The notes beneath the pieces are model-generated. The model did no database searches and had not been told where the DNA came from. It saw only the letters and a list, made by a program, of their open reading frames with translations. A stretch of 64,000 nucleotides of DNA from Vicugna vicugna (taxonomy: Eukaryota): contig MU058584.1 in NCBI GenBank assembly GCA_013265495.1, positions 6,538,407 to 6,602,406 of the forward strand, written 5' to 3'. The position numbers were made by a program, and so were the translations under genes. Below, piece after piece: positions 14,501 through 29,462 of this stretch (position 1 is its first letter; each line of letters opens with the position of its first letter).

Positions 14501-17500
14501 ATTAAGAGACATGATTAATCATATTAACACAACATCACATTAGGTCCTGGAAAATAGGTAAGAAAGATACAAAATATTGTCTCTGCCTTCACAGTGTTAA
14601 TCATCATAATGTCTTACATATATGCATAGTAGTTTTAGGGGAAAAAAACCCCATCTTATTTGAACCTCACAACAATTTTTTAAGATTTTCATTTATGAGG
14701 ACGTTTTTCCCCCCATTTGTTGATGAAAAACCTGGAGCATACGAAGGATGTGAGTTTGCTGAGTGACAGTGAGGGGCAGACACAAGGCTGGCGCGCAGGG
14801 CTCTGTCTTCCAGTCGGTGTCATTTCCAGTATACACCAGTCTCTCCCTGTGAGTAGCTATTGAGACAACAATACACAGAAAACAAAGAAGGCAATATGAC
14901 AGTGTATAACAATGGGACAAAATGTGTGAATCAAGCACTTAACACATCAACACAGTTAGAGTTAAGAGAATAATCAATGTGATCTAGAGAAGTTGGGAAA
15001 AGTAAAGTAAAAATTTTAACTAAAGATAAAAATAATGAACTCACTCACTGACCATTTTTCATTCTGAATGTTACTAAATATTGGTTTCCCCTGTGTATTA
15101 AATTAAATAAATGTTACTTTGATTAGTTTTGCTAAACTGCATTAAATTATTGATTTTTTCCCAGAATTGTACTAAGTGCTCTTTTCTTACACCATAAAGA
15201 CGTTTGGAATATAAATGAAATAGCATATGTGAAGTGTTTTATGATCTTTGGAAGAAAGGCACCATGGAAAAGCAACCTCTCAACCCTCGGACGTTATGAA
15301 CACAATTACATTGTCTCCCTTTAACAGAATTCTGTTCTCTCCAACTGCACTGAGAATGAAACAGGGAACACAGATTTCTAGTTCTTTTCCTGAGATTTAA
15401 AAATCTCTAGGCTGTGGTTAACTTTTGGCTTGAGACCACAAAAAACACACTCCAAATATTCATCATATCCAAAGGTTAAATAGGGCACACAAGATGTAGT
15501 TGATTTATTGGCCATTGGTCACTGCAGTCATTGTATAGGACCGTATGCAAACTTGCCCACTCAGCTGTACCGTATTCGTAAAGGAACTCCAAGAAGCAAG
15601 CTAGATTTTGGAAAGCCAGTGCCATACATCTTCCTGTCTCCTGTCCTGAGCCCCCACAAGGGGTGATCTTGGAGAAACTTGCCATCATGATGGTTTTTGT
15701 TGAAACAAATAAAATGGTAGACAGATTTGCCCCCACAGCTCTGCACCCTGTGTGTAATAGACTATATACCAAACTCTTCTTAATCCTGACTGTTACAGTC
15801 ACTCTCCTGGCCTAGGGGATAAATTGTTTTTCTGGATGCTGTCCTTTTGGAACAGGCATCAACTTGGAATCTAACTAACAGGCCCAAATTCTGTTGTTAC
15901 TGGATCCTTTGTAACATTATTTTTCCAGCCCTGACAAGAAACTGCTTTTCTAGAGGGACTCATAAAACTTACCTAGTGGCTTTGGTCTGGACTTTGAAGC
16001 ATATACTGCAAATGGTTCCAAAGGCTTGCGTATTACTTGGGTCCTAGTGGGATGGTATCAGTGTATAAACTCTCAGAGCTTAATGGAAGAGCATCCTTCG
16101 TGATTCATCTTTAGTGCACGCCCACTCTTTTCATGCCACTTTTCCTACCTGTCTGCACGATGCAGCAGTTGAAGACCCCACTGATACAGCACTTGGTTGT
16201 ACCAACCAGCACAACTGGGCAACTGACTTACTTGGAAACGTATGCACTCTGCCTTGGTTTATTTAAAATTTAAACATATGAAGTATCTATTTAAAATACT
16301 TTTTTTTTGTTGTTTACAGCTGAATCCAGCTGGCACTGATATCACATGAGCCACTGTCTGGGAGCTCCTACCTAGAAACTAATATGTCAAAGTGAGTTAC
16401 CAGATGTAGCTGGCGTGAGACTAGGTAATGTTGATGGGTTTCAGCAGTTTTAGTGGGCTACATGGAAAGCCCAAACAAGTAAAATCTTTCACAGTGCCAC
16501 AGGCTGGTCCTTTCCACTGTGGGCAATTAGATCTGCTGCTGGTTCTAATGTTTATAGCACGGCTACAGTTCAACCCAAGAGTCTCTGAACTGAGTTACAC
16601 AAGCACTCAGACAGACACACACACCCCCACACATGCACACGTTTTATAAGTAGGTCCCCCATCTCTAAATGTTAGATTACTTTAAAATTCCAAAACTTTA
16701 TAAAACGGTTCTTCATCTTTGCTCTCTTCTCAACTGTTTGAATACCTGCTATATGTGAACATTTTATTTCAAGTTTATCTAAAAGAAAACAAGCATCTAT
16801 GCAATGTTGAAATAACCCTGATATCCACAAAGATCATCAGTAATGTTCTTTAAAACATCAAGAACACTGCAGATTTGACTACGAAAATGTGTATTCATGG
16901 AATTGCATGATATCTAGGTAATCACAGGTTCCAAAATTGGAGATAATGAGTGAACAAATATATTATTCTTTAAGGTATACCTCTTTGAGGCCACAAATTT
17001 AATCACTGGTCAAGTATCTGAAGAAGAATTTATAATTTAAAATCAGTAAAAGGTATTAAAAACAGTCTAATAACATTCCCTGTTTGATAACAATAGAAAT
17101 GGAAACCCAGGTTGGCAAAGTTAGATTCTTACGATCACGCAACTGGAAAAAAAAATCACATGACTTTTTAGGACCAGACAGGTCGAGAACCCAGGTTGTC
17201 TGACTTCTAATCCCCTGGAGTACTTCCCTCCTCCAGCCCCTGCCAAGTAGATGAAGCCCTCTTTATGATAAAATTCTATGGAAAAACTTATAAATATTGG
17301 ATTTCTGGGGAAGGGTATAAAATCACTATTGTGTAAATCTGGTCTGGGGTATGACTAATTAGAGATAAACTTTGATATAAAAAAATAGGCTCTCTAAGAT
17401 CAGGAAGTTAACTGCACTGATGTCACATGGTGACCACCGAGGCTTAGTGGCAAACAAAGCTAGTGCCCCTCCGGCTTTTGGAAAGAGCTGGGACTGGTAC

Positions 17501-20500
17501 TAAGACTGAAAGTCTCCAGGACAGAAAGTCATGATAATCCTCTAGCCAAGTAGCTTAGCTCCCAAACTAACAGATCTGTAGAAAGAAAGAAGTTTAATGA
17601 TACTCTCAAGGGGAGGTGTGAGCACAACCTCTAGAAAACCTTAGTGTGAAAATAACCAAATAGAACAAAGTGAAGGAGCCCAGTAGGACCAGAAAATATA
17701 CTGAATAGCAGGAAGGGAACAGATTTCCTTATAAGTAACTCCCTCTTTGGCTAGATTAAAAAAAAACATAAAACTGCAGCTCAGGATGGTCTTTCTTGCC
17801 CAGATCGGTTACCATACACACACTCTCCTCAACTGACTTACAGCAAACATGTTTATAAAATCTGATTTTCAAAAATCTCTTCTCCTACCTACACACCTAA
17901 TCCATATATATATATATTTTGTGAGTCCCCTGAGTTCACAGAGATACTTTATTTTAAAGGTGCCAGCTTCCCAGTAAGTTAACCACATCATCAAATGCTG
18001 TGCCATTTTAATCAGAATTGCAGAGGAATAGAGAAAAAATAAGAAGAAAGCCAGCAAACGAAAGTTCTGTCGGGTTGAATAATGGTTTTGTAGTGGAATT
18101 AAACACAAGTTTGTCCTGATTTGTCCCTCCTCTTGGTTCAACTTATTGCTATCAAAGCCCTTTCTTGAAAGTAATTTAAGAGTTGGGGGAAAAAATCTAA
18201 AAATAGGGAAAATCTGTAAAAAGATCCAAGGATGTGGAGGGAAGAATGGCCATGCTGGCACTGAAAGCACATTGGAAACAGATGTCAAGGAAGAGAATGA
18301 TTTAAGTGGTGACTAAAAAGCCATTGTTCTTGCCCTTGGTCATCCTCCTTTGCTAGCTTTCTTCTTTTTAATCAATAAAAGTTGTTATTAGGTCTTTCCT
18401 CCATCCTGGCTCCTTCCTGTCATGAGTCGAGCAGTATATATTCTTTTTGCCAACTTTCAGTTGATGGGGAGTTGGAAGTGGTGGCCATGACGTGAGTCAC
18501 AGTGACACATAGATTACTCATAGGTTTCCACTCCAGGCAGACAGAATCACCTATTAACAAGGAATTCTTTAGGGCTGTTCAACAGCAGGGGACATGATTC
18601 AGTGGAATAAGATTATTCCACGTGGATTCTGAGTGCTTTGCTCAAAAGCTTTTCTTTTTTTTTCTCATATGACCTTAGTGCATCAGCTTCCTTACTAGTC
18701 AAAAGTCACATATCCCTGGAGAGGAAATCACCATATTATTAAGGTTTAGGTGTCGTTGACAGACAGTAACATTCTTGTATGTTGAAGAATGAATTAGTCA
18801 TGCTTTTGCCCAAGTTCCTTTACCGGTGACAGGGAACAGAAAACACAGTGACTAGAAATGATGAAGTAGAAGAGAATACAACCTAAAGCTAAATATATAT
18901 ATTTTGGAACAGAAATAACTGTGTCAGGTCATGTCTAAAATGGTCAATAATTCCGTATGTGTCACCATTATCAAAGTCTAACATTTGCCAATGCTTAGCT
19001 GTATAGGGCTCTGTTCTACACACCTTACTCACCTGCCTCAAGGCTTCCTTTTAACTGGGGAGATAATTACGGATGCAAAGTCATGAAAGACGCGTGTAAC
19101 ACATGCTTCTGGAAGCCATGTGCCTTGTGACCCTATTAAGGTTATTAAACAGGAAAATTTGTGTACCGAGACTTTATAGAAACTCACCCCTGAAAGGGCT
19201 GTCAGGTTTGGTGACTGAGTGTAAATCAACCCTGGGTATAGAATAGGCGTTTTCACCAAGCACAGTTAACATGTTCATTCAGTCACTCAAAGAAAAGAAC
19301 CTAAAGTATGCTGGGAACTCATGCTCGATGCTGGGATGCTACAGTTAACAAGTCATAAAAGGTTCCTTCCCTCATGAAGCCCATATTCTAGCGTGTGAGC
19401 CAACTGATAGCAATAATGACAGATAGTCCTAAGTTATAACACTCATGGGTCATTCAGATGCCGGAAGGGAACAAGTACGCTACTTCTTGTGGTAATCAAG
19501 ACAGTCTCTATGAAGAGCTGACGGTTAACAGAGACTTGGAGGAGGAGAAGGAGCCGTCAATATTAGGAGTCAGTGGATGGGGGAAAGGCCTAGGATATGT
19601 TGTTAGGCAAAGGGAGACAAAGGCAAAGACGAATATGAATAAAAAATGAGGAAGGCGTGATTTGTCACTATCATCAGCTGCACAACTGGAATGGGCTAAA
19701 TGGAGTGACTAGTCATAACGCATCTGAGAAAAGGATGCTGAAGTTCACATATGGCAGAGAGAGGCTCATGCTGACTGTGTCTTCTCACTAACCACCTGCT
19801 TTGGTGTTTCTGTCCTCCTTCCTCACGCATTACTGGCTCTGATAGTCACTCCATCTACTGGAATAACTTATTTCTATTGTTACTTTACTTTTCAAGTGTT
19901 TGTGCTGTCATTATGCAAATCAGTTATAAAGTCACTTGAAGGTGGACTACACATAATATTTGTGTATTTTTCAGGGTACCTACTCGCCTGGCATGCATTA
20001 GATGCTCAATGAATACATGTTCAAACAAATGACTACAGTGATAGTGAGAGGATGTGAAGGTCTAGGTTAAGTGTGACCATTGTTAGCGGTACCAATTTTT
20101 GAATTAGCCTAAAATGGTTGATATAGACAGTGTTTTAAGCAAGTCCGTTGTCACCCAACCCATGTAACTGTCCCTCAAGTCCACTGTCATCCAGCAAACC
20201 CTAACTGGAGGTCAAAGTTAGTAGGGGTAATGAAAGAAATAGCAATTGTTCTCATTTCTGTTTGGCAGATTTAAAGGTTAGAATAACTGTTTCTTAGAAC
20301 CCTACCAGATTCCCTCTTTGTCTAGACAGTGCTCATAGGTGAACTAATTTCTTTTAAAATAAAGGTTCGCATTAATTTCGAATTGGAGACTTATCTCTGC
20401 AGAGTGCTCTGGGCATGAAGGAGCAGGTCAATCACCTAAACTTCCTCCAGGCATGAGTGATTACAGGATAGTCTTCATCCAATTTATCCTCTAGCCAGAG

Positions 20501-22549
20501 GTTTTCCAAATCAAAGACAAGAACAAAACAAAGCAAAATCAAAAACATACCAGCAACACAAACAAGACGACATGATTCAGTCATTGCCTTAAACAAACAA
20601 TTATTGAAAGTTTTCTCTTGGGCTAGATACTGAAAATATAAAAACAATCCTAAAAACCCATGGTGCTGGATTTGAAAGAGATCTTTAGTTACCTAATGTA
20701 ACCTATAATTCTTCCAGTAAAGAACTTCAGGCCTAACATCACAGATTTTGTCAGTAATCCTACTGAGTTAGTCTGAGCCTCCTGATTGCCAATCTAAAGC
20801 CCTTTCCACAATTGTTCCATAACAGAATTTAAAGCAAAATGGAAGGAAATGTGTATACCTAGTTGTTACAATTTAAAAAAAAAACATACATTGTTTATAT
20901 CTTAAGTGACCCATTTTACTGACAAGAAAGTTGAAACCCAGAGATGTTATAGTGTGATCTATTTCTCCAAAAATGTCAAGTTTTAAACCACTGTTTATAC
21001 TTTGGCTTTTCTAATTCTTGAAAATTGTTTAAAATTTTCTTGGTTGTTTAAAAATACCAGGCTTCTTATGTTGACCATTTTGGCATATTTCAGTCTTTAT
21101 ATGAGTTTGATGTCAGAGACCAGAGTAACACCTGAGAGGGGCTTCAGTTACCTCTTGAGCCCTCCTCATTTTCTCTGTACAATTACCCTGGTCTCCATCT
21201 TTATTGTGATGAAAAGCTGATTCTGTGTTCTCTGTGGCTTTCTCTTCTAGAGGCATCTGTCTCGTTAGCTTGAGACGAAAAAGCATAAGGAAGCACAAGT
21301 CATGCTTCTATTCTCAAGCCTTCAAATGCCTCATAACTGTCTTTTCATCCAAGTAAAAGAGTCTCGTTCCACCACTACTGTCCTTCCAAGAGCTGAGCTG
21401 ACTCATTAATTATGTACATCTCCTCCATTGCTATCTGCTTCCCGCTATTTTTTTTTTAAACCTGGGTTGTTGTTTTTTTTTACCACACTTTTCTTGAGAA
21501 CATTAAAATTTATTACCCCAAAAATGAATCATTAAAAAAAAATGACTTATGGCTGTTGTCTCCCTTGAAGACACCAGTTCCTACTGCTGATGTCGAGACT
21601 AATGTTGTGTCTTTTACAAAATGACAACAAGTCTCACTACAAAGGAAAAATGCTCCCCGAAGAAGGCAGGAGCTTACGGCCCCTCTAGAGCTCTGTTTGT
21701 AATCCTGCTCAAATACCAGGCGCTTCCAAGGGGACCACACACCTGGAATATTGCAAGTTTAGAAAGCTTTTAAAATCTCAGTCAGAACTCACTCTTTTCC
21801 CAGAACTTTGCCTTCCTTGGTTTCTTTTTATCCCTTTGGAATTCACCAAAGCGCTCAGACTTTTACAAAAAAAAAAAAAGTTACTGAATAAATATTGAGT
21901 AATATGACCCAACTTTTGTGTTTTTAGACATGTGGCAACCAAATTATTCAACCCAAGGCAAACAGGCTGCGAAATCATTGAATTTTCATAGCCTGGGTTT
22001 AGCCCTTGGCTGTCTTCCTCCTTTTTCCTGTCTTTTTTTTTTTTTTAAACTCATTCTAGTGAGATTACTTTTTAAAGCTACAGGTTGCTTACCTATCTTT
22101 GAGTCTTAGAATCTGTCTGCTTTCTGAATGTTTCTTTTCAAAATTTGAATTGAGAAAGGAAAATTGCCTTGTTAGAAAGCCAGGAATTGACTAGCAGCAG
22201 AAAAGTGTCCCAAATGGGGCTTTTTTGGACAAACTTCGATGCATGATTTCCATGTGCAATTTTGAGTCTACTGTCACATCTCAGTTTTTTTTTTTAATTT
22301 AAAAGCTTTTATTCATTTTTCAAGCTCCCATTAATTATGCTCTCCATCAAACCTTAACTAAGCCGTATCAACATATCTGAATGTCTTTCTCACTTTCTCC
22401 CGGTTATGCTGTGATAAGGATCTTACTGAATAGTTAGACTCCAACAAGCAGCGAACAGAAGTAAAAAGGAAGAACAGCCCTGGTTTTGACTAGTCCGTCT
22501 CCAAGGAGAACTCGCAGCAGAGGCCGGTGGCAGCTGTAAAGCCTACACT

Positions 22550-22770
22550 TACAAAACGACTACTGTGTGCCAGACTACCTGCCTGCTCTGTGTTCACTCA
22601 ATCCCCCGAAAGTAGGTAGTCTTACTTCCATTTTATTTTACTTTATTTTTTTGAACACTGAGGCTCAGGGAAGTGAAGTGTGTTACCCAAGGCACACGGC
22701 TAGTAAGTAGCAGGACCTACAGGAGAACGCAGGTCATTCTGACCGTCAAGCCAGTTAACTTTCCACACTA
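22550..22770 (-). mobile_element. MIR SINE
   Basis: tactgtgtgccag...actgaggctcagggaagtgaagtgtgttacccaaggcacacggctagtaagtagcag. Confidence 0.7.
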
Positions 22771-25700
22771 CTCCCCTGCTGTCCCTCCTCATTATAGAGT
22801 AGTTGGCTCCGATGAAAACATTCTCATTTTCCTCTTTATTCAACATCCAGAAATGAACTGAGAAATGAGTAATTAAGTGATTCATCCATAGAGAAATTGG
22901 GAGTAGGTTACATATCTGAAGCCAGAATTTTATGTCTTTAGCAAAGAGGTGTTTTGTTCAGTAATGAACTCCTATAATAATAATTCCAATATATGAATAT
23001 TTCATGTCTGATCATTAATTTGTATTTACTGAGCACTGATAAGAGCTTCAATGAAACACACATGTGAACTTCGTACTCTGAAGTTACCATCTAAAATAGA
23101 CACAGAGTCACATGGAAAAATGCCAACATGGGGGAAATTATCAAGGTAGTCCCAGAAGAAAACTAGGGCATGGGAAGGCTTGCTTTATGTCAGACATCCT
23201 TAAGGTTCTGATCAGAAATCCCTTCAGAAAGATGTCTTAAGAGAGTTAAAGCAGATAAGGTGACACAGATTGTGTTGAAGTTTTTGACTCTATGGAAATA
23301 TACTGGTCCTAGAGAGGTGAAAGGAAATGTGTGAGATGAAGTCAAAAGCAGTGCAAATTGTATTATGATACCTCATGTTCTTAAGTGTTTTCTGTTTTAA
23401 ATGAGAATTGGCTATACTGAGAGAGCTGAAGTTTGAGCTGTATCTGCATAAAACCACTGTAGCTTTACATAGAGCCACTGACCCATCTTTTGGGTGAAAA
23501 CTACTCAAAATAATGTTATTTCACACTTTGTGGAGCATTTTATTCTCCAAAGAACATACATCCCCCATATTACATGTAAGGTGTCTTCATGCTGTTTTCT
23601 AAGGTTTAGGACTAATGCTTGACTGAAAATAAACCATGTCTATGCCAAGTTGATGGTAAAGGAAAAAAATATACTCATGAAAGACCATCACGCTACATTC
23701 AGATTCTGGCAGCTGCACAGCTGGGCATCCGTACTGGCTGAGACCTGGTCACTCTTGACAGTTGCTGGGATTCAGTGGTGCAGGATACGAGGCATGCTGT
23801 TGAGAAGATGTGCATGTGCTGCTGAACTTGGCTTTGGTCACTGGGATGTGCTAAGCGCAATGTACACTCATCCCAATGAAGGAACTCACGTGCCCAATTA
23901 TCGGAGCACTTATTAAAAGGACGCTGCCCTAATTACAATCAGAGCTTAGTGTAACCAAAGAAACGCAAATGAATGCCACAGCTGGATCTCACTGCTTTTC
24001 ATAAGCCTTGCAATAAAAGCTAAACAGTTTTTAGTGGCTTTTACAATTATACTTCCCTTCAATTTTCCAAAGGTTACAGGGCCCGAACCACACAAATCCC
24101 ATTAAAGTAAGTAGTTGTTGTGCAGTGAGTTCCTTTGAAAACAGTCTTCAATGCCCATAAAATGATCAGCAGGCTGCTCTTTAGATCCGTTTGCCTACCA
24201 TGTTTTCAACCAAGGGGCAGATGACAAGCTTTGATGTGGTGGTTGGTTTCTGCTACCGAAGCTGGCATTTTATCTTCTTGCATCAGATTTCTTCCCAAAT
24301 TGATGTGACTCAGGCATACGAAACAGATTTTTCTTCAGATTTTATTCCTAAAATATGTTTTTGCTGTACCTTTAAATTACATTTGGCTGACTGATTTGGA
24401 ATCTCCAAGGCTTCTCCCACAAGATACAGAGCAGGAGAGGGTCAGGGTCTTGGGGAGTTAACCGGAGCCTGTGTGATGAGTGCAAGGCGATCATGGCGCG
24501 CTGCCTGGGCCTCCCGCTGGAGGATGGCTCTCCATCCTGTCTTCTCTACCTGTCTTCAGTGCAACTTGAGCAGCCGCAAGTGAAGTCCAGAGTGAATTTC
24601 AAGCTAGACCCAAGGACAGAGCTATGGTTCTGTTCAACTTCTATTTGAAAGCACGAGGGGTCTCCTTCTCCCCAGGAATTAGGGCTTCCTTTCCTGAAGA
24701 ACTGCTTCGTAAGTATTCTACCATCCTGATCCACTGGAAACACCATTCTCCTAGCGTCTCTTCCTCCTGTGTGTTCCTGTTTGTTTCAATCATTTATCTT
24801 AGATGTGCTTTTCTGGTAAGGAATAAAAATGAAGGATGAGTTCATTCCTTCATTTACAAAGGAATGAGAACCACATAGCTTTCTCTCACCTCTAAATCTG
24901 ATGACAAACCTACTTGAAAAAACAACAGGGTAAAAGGATTTTTTTCCTCCACAGGTAAAATAATGCAGGGACAAAAGATAATGGTAACCTAACTGTTTGC
25001 TATACACTGTTAAAAAAGAATTAATTGGAATTCGGGAATTATTCAGTCCTTGAAAACTTCATGTAAATCACCAAGGTTCTAATTTTCTGGGACTGCTTCT
25101 GTACCACAACACTACTAGAACTCTTTCAAAGTTTACTGTCATTTAATTCATCAAAAGACCCGATGTCTTTTTTTACAGAAATACCTGAGTGCACAGAGGT
25201 GACAGGATATTTACATAGAAAGAATTGAACCATAATTTTAAAAAAGTATTTGATTCTATACTAATATATGTATTGGAATTGAGGTATGGAGAGATCAGTA
25301 TGTATTGGCGTCGTCAGCAAAGTTTTCTAGAGAAAGTAGGATTGAGACATGTCATAGGAAACAGGTTTTGAACTGTGCCCTGAAATGAAGAGAAGTCCTA
25401 ATATGATGTGGGGAGAAGATGGAAGCCGGGGGTTCACTACTGTGCGAAGGTAACCTTGTGCATATTTAATTGATGACACAGAGACTTACAGAGGCCGCTG
25501 AAAAGGCAAATTCAAGAACGTCTGGATCAAAGTAGCGTTCCTGGATGAGCATGGCTGCATTTTTTAATGGCTCTTCTGGCAGGAGTAACGACATGTGATA
25601 CTCCTGTGATACCAGTGATACACATGGACCGCCTTCCTGAGACCCTCTTTGTATGGCTGGTGTGGGTAAACCTATCTTTGCCATGAAAACCTCTCCCATG

Positions 25701-27067
25701 GTGGTGGGTTTTTATGTATATCCCTGCTGCATCCTCGTCCCTCTCATGCACAGCAAGTGTACTGTCATTGGCACTTAAAAGTGGAGTGGAATTAGAAGCC
25801 CTGGCTTCTAGCTCTGGCTCAGGCACAGCTTGTATTGTGATTTGAGGCAAATCCCTTCATTCTTCGAGGCCTCATTTACCGCATGTAAAATAAGAGGATT
25901 AAGTCAGACAATTTCTCTGGCTTCATGTGCTGCCAGTATTTTATGACTCATGAATCCAAGTGAAAATTCACCTGTTAATAGGGTCATTTCTCTTGTTTTT
26001 ATTAGAAAGCATGGCAATCACTGTATACTTGCAATTTACTCAGTTGTCCACAACGTACATAGTCGTCCGTAAAAATGTGTAAACACTCTGGATTTGAAAC
26101 ATCATTCTGATAAAAATGCATCCATGTACCTGGTGGTTATTCTGCAGTTTGGTGAATCCTACCCATTTCAGAATTCCAAAGAATTAGCTCTTTTCTGATG
26201 CCCATCAGACATCAGTATCCTTGGACAGCATCTTTCAAAATCCACCTTTGCAAGTAGCTGTTTTTACAAGAAAGACGAGCTTTCAGCAATGATATAACAT
26301 CGCTGCGTTCTCTCCCCCATATTCAACCAGAGTCCAGAATCTGATAAAATTCCTTATCCCAGGTATTTCAGATGCCCCACGTTTGTAAACCTCTACGACG
26401 TTCAGGTTTCCTCTCCTGCTGCTGGTGAGACTGTGCTGGGTCCTAGTCTTCTGTGTTCCGGGGGGAAAACAGGAAGCTCACAGGTGGTGATTAGTGAGCA
26501 AAGACAGAGGAGCCGAGGGCTGCCGCTCAGGCTGTCTCTGTTGCCCCTTCGCCGTCGTTTCCTATTACACTCGCGCTCCACAGGACACTTGCCAGACCCA
26601 GACTCCTTGGACCCCTGTTATTTGCATGTCTTTTCTCACCTTCAGCAGGATCTGGACTGGTGTTTTCATTTGTTAAAAACAACAAGAACATTTGCTGGGA
26701 AACTTTCACTGGAATCATTTCAGGTCATCATAGCTATTTATTCTCTGTCATAAACTATAATTCTCCATTTCCCTTACTCCCACGTCAGGGGAGCTGGTGG
26801 TTTATGGTGGACAGTCAGTGGAATTTGAGTGAACAGTGGAAGATTTCAGAGAACTAGCGAGAGAGGTTTTGCAGCAGGTTGTAGTACAAAGAACAAAACA
26901 TCAAATATTCTTGTTCTCCATCACAATCTGGCAGGACAAGAAGAAACAGGCTTCCCAAACAGCATAAAGGATTTAGAATTTGTGGTTATACCTGAGAAAG
27001 CACTTTCTTTGAGGAAAGAAAGCAAATCATGGGATTGGCTTAGTAAGAGATTTCCTTTATATGATTA

Positions 27068-27143
27068 AAATAGCCTAGGGTTGGTCTCATTGGTCTCACT
27101 CTGGGAAATAGCCTAGGGTTGGTCTCATTGGTCTCACTCTGGG
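27068..27143 (+). repeat. Perfect 38-bp tandem duplication
   Basis: AAATAGCCTAGGGTTGGTCTCATTGGTCTCACTCTGGG occurs twice. Confidence 0.95.
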
Positions 27144-29162
27144 GTAGGGATGGAAGCTAAAGACTTTGCAGACCTGTGTTTAATGGGAGCATGCAATGCA
27201 GGTGTGCTGCTGTCAGAAAGGCCTGCATGACCTAGAGAGGCCTGAAGTGCAAGCCATACAGAACTGCAGAAAGAGAATGGGAGCAATGGGAACGCCTGCA
27301 AACATTCAAATAGGAAGGAGAATGCAGACGCAAGGCAACAGCTGAAAAATGTGTGATCCTAGGTGTCTGAATTCCACTGTTGACATGATTGTGAACTAAT
27401 TTTTCTAATCGCTAAAATCAGGGATGGTAAAATCAGGGATGTTGGTTGAAACATTCCAGGCTTTGATAGATCCCAGAAATCATGATAATGTAATTTGGCT
27501 GCATTCTCAAGATAACGCTGACCTGACATTCTTATTGACAGTGTCACAGCAGTGCCTTCAAAGCAGGGCTCCTCAGTGAGGTGCCGCAGATGGAAAAAAC
27601 CGAAGAGATGGGTGATCACAACGCTGAGAGGATGGGGGCCAGCAGCTTCTCAGTTAGAGGACTGCGGTCGAGTTTTTATGGGTTTTATTCTACAGAAACA
27701 GTTTTCTAAAGACAAGAAAGGTTTCACATTTTCCCCAAGAACAGATTCAACAAGCACTTACTGGGTGCTTTAAATGTCAGGAGGGAGGCAGCCGTCTGTA
27801 TTCCGAGCTCCCAGGGCACTCAGGAAGACGGGGTTTCTCATCAGAACGACTTGGAGCCTCCATTAGGTGCTGAGAGATGTGGGCCGGGAACCCCTGGATT
27901 TAAGCTACACTTTGAATCTTCACCCAAATCTAGAACATGCCCTCAATTTGCAATAATACTACAGCTCAGGTGGGTGCCACTCTCCCTGGGACCTCGGGAT
28001 TCCTGCTAGCAGTTTTCTTGACTGTTTTGTGTCAGTCAGAGAGGAGCAGGGGTCTTTCCGTGTTGGAAAAAACATTTGAGAACTACTTTCCACTGAATGT
28101 GGGGCAAGTACCACGCTCTTCTTTCTCTCCAGCCTCAATCTCACTCCTCGTGTTTCCCTTTGTGTTGAGCTTCGTCAGGGGAGAGTGATTGGAAGTGTTC
28201 ATCCAGTTCATCAAGCCGAGCATGTGACTTGGGCTCAGCAGCTCAAGCCGCACATCTCTGAGCGCTGCACGGGCTCTGCGGTGGCTGGGCTACAGGGGGA
28301 CAGCTTGGTGGTGGTGGCGGCATAGCTGGTCTTCTGCTCAGCTTCGCATGCCCTCATCCCCGCCTGGGCTGAGTGGGGGTGGCAGGGCAGGAGCACGCCA
28401 CTCCCCGACTGCCACAGGCAGGCTGGGGGATCAGCTCGCCAGGGTGCCTTTGGGGGAACTCAGAGAAAACCAAGGAGGAATCTTGACAGGTAGAAACTTG
28501 GGGTCATGATTCCTCCAAGGTTCCTAAGACCTCAGGGCCCTACAACTCCAGTTTTGCATGAAACCATTTCAGAGATCTTTCAGGACTGTTTCCTGCTTCT
28601 TGAATTCTCACAGGGTGAGTCCCAGGCCAGTGTCAGCTGGGCTGATGGTGTTGAAGGACTAGCCCTGATCCTGGCTGAGGGCCCTGAAACCTGCAGCAAC
28701 AGCATGAGGCCTTGAGCAAACAGAGTTAGCAATTACTTGCTGTTTCCAGGAAATGCATGGCAAAGTGGACATCCCTCTAGTCGGCGTGAACGTGGTCTTT
28801 CCTCTGTAACTGTATTTGTGTCTACGTGGCTATGCTGAGGTGAAGTAACCAGGGAATAGTCGGTCCTCTTGGTTATGACAGCGTAGGAATAAATGAGGTC
28901 CAAAGCAGCCTACCTTTCTCCCCCCATCTCTGGAGAAGTCCAGAGAATATGGGGAGGAGTAACATTTTCCTTTAGCCTTCTTTGACAAAACAAACTTCAA
29001 GGAGCATGCAAGAAATGTCTTTCTAATTGTTCAGGTCTGGTCCCAGATTTAGGAACAACAAGGAAGCATCAGAACCATTGCGGGTTCTTGGCATACAGAC
29101 GCGATAGCACCAGTGCCCACATCTGCACAGTGAAAATGGCATTTAGCCACAGACTTTGATAA

Positions 29163-29462
<300 letters not shown>

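Noticed and set aside
27068..27143. CRISPR-like repeat
   Set aside because: Only two abutting copies, no spacers, no cas genes, and a eukaryotic context.
2163..28715. Short ORFs throughout intron 1 as nested genes
   Set aside because: No recognisable homology or coherent splice structure. Many overlap repeats, and the lengths fit chance.
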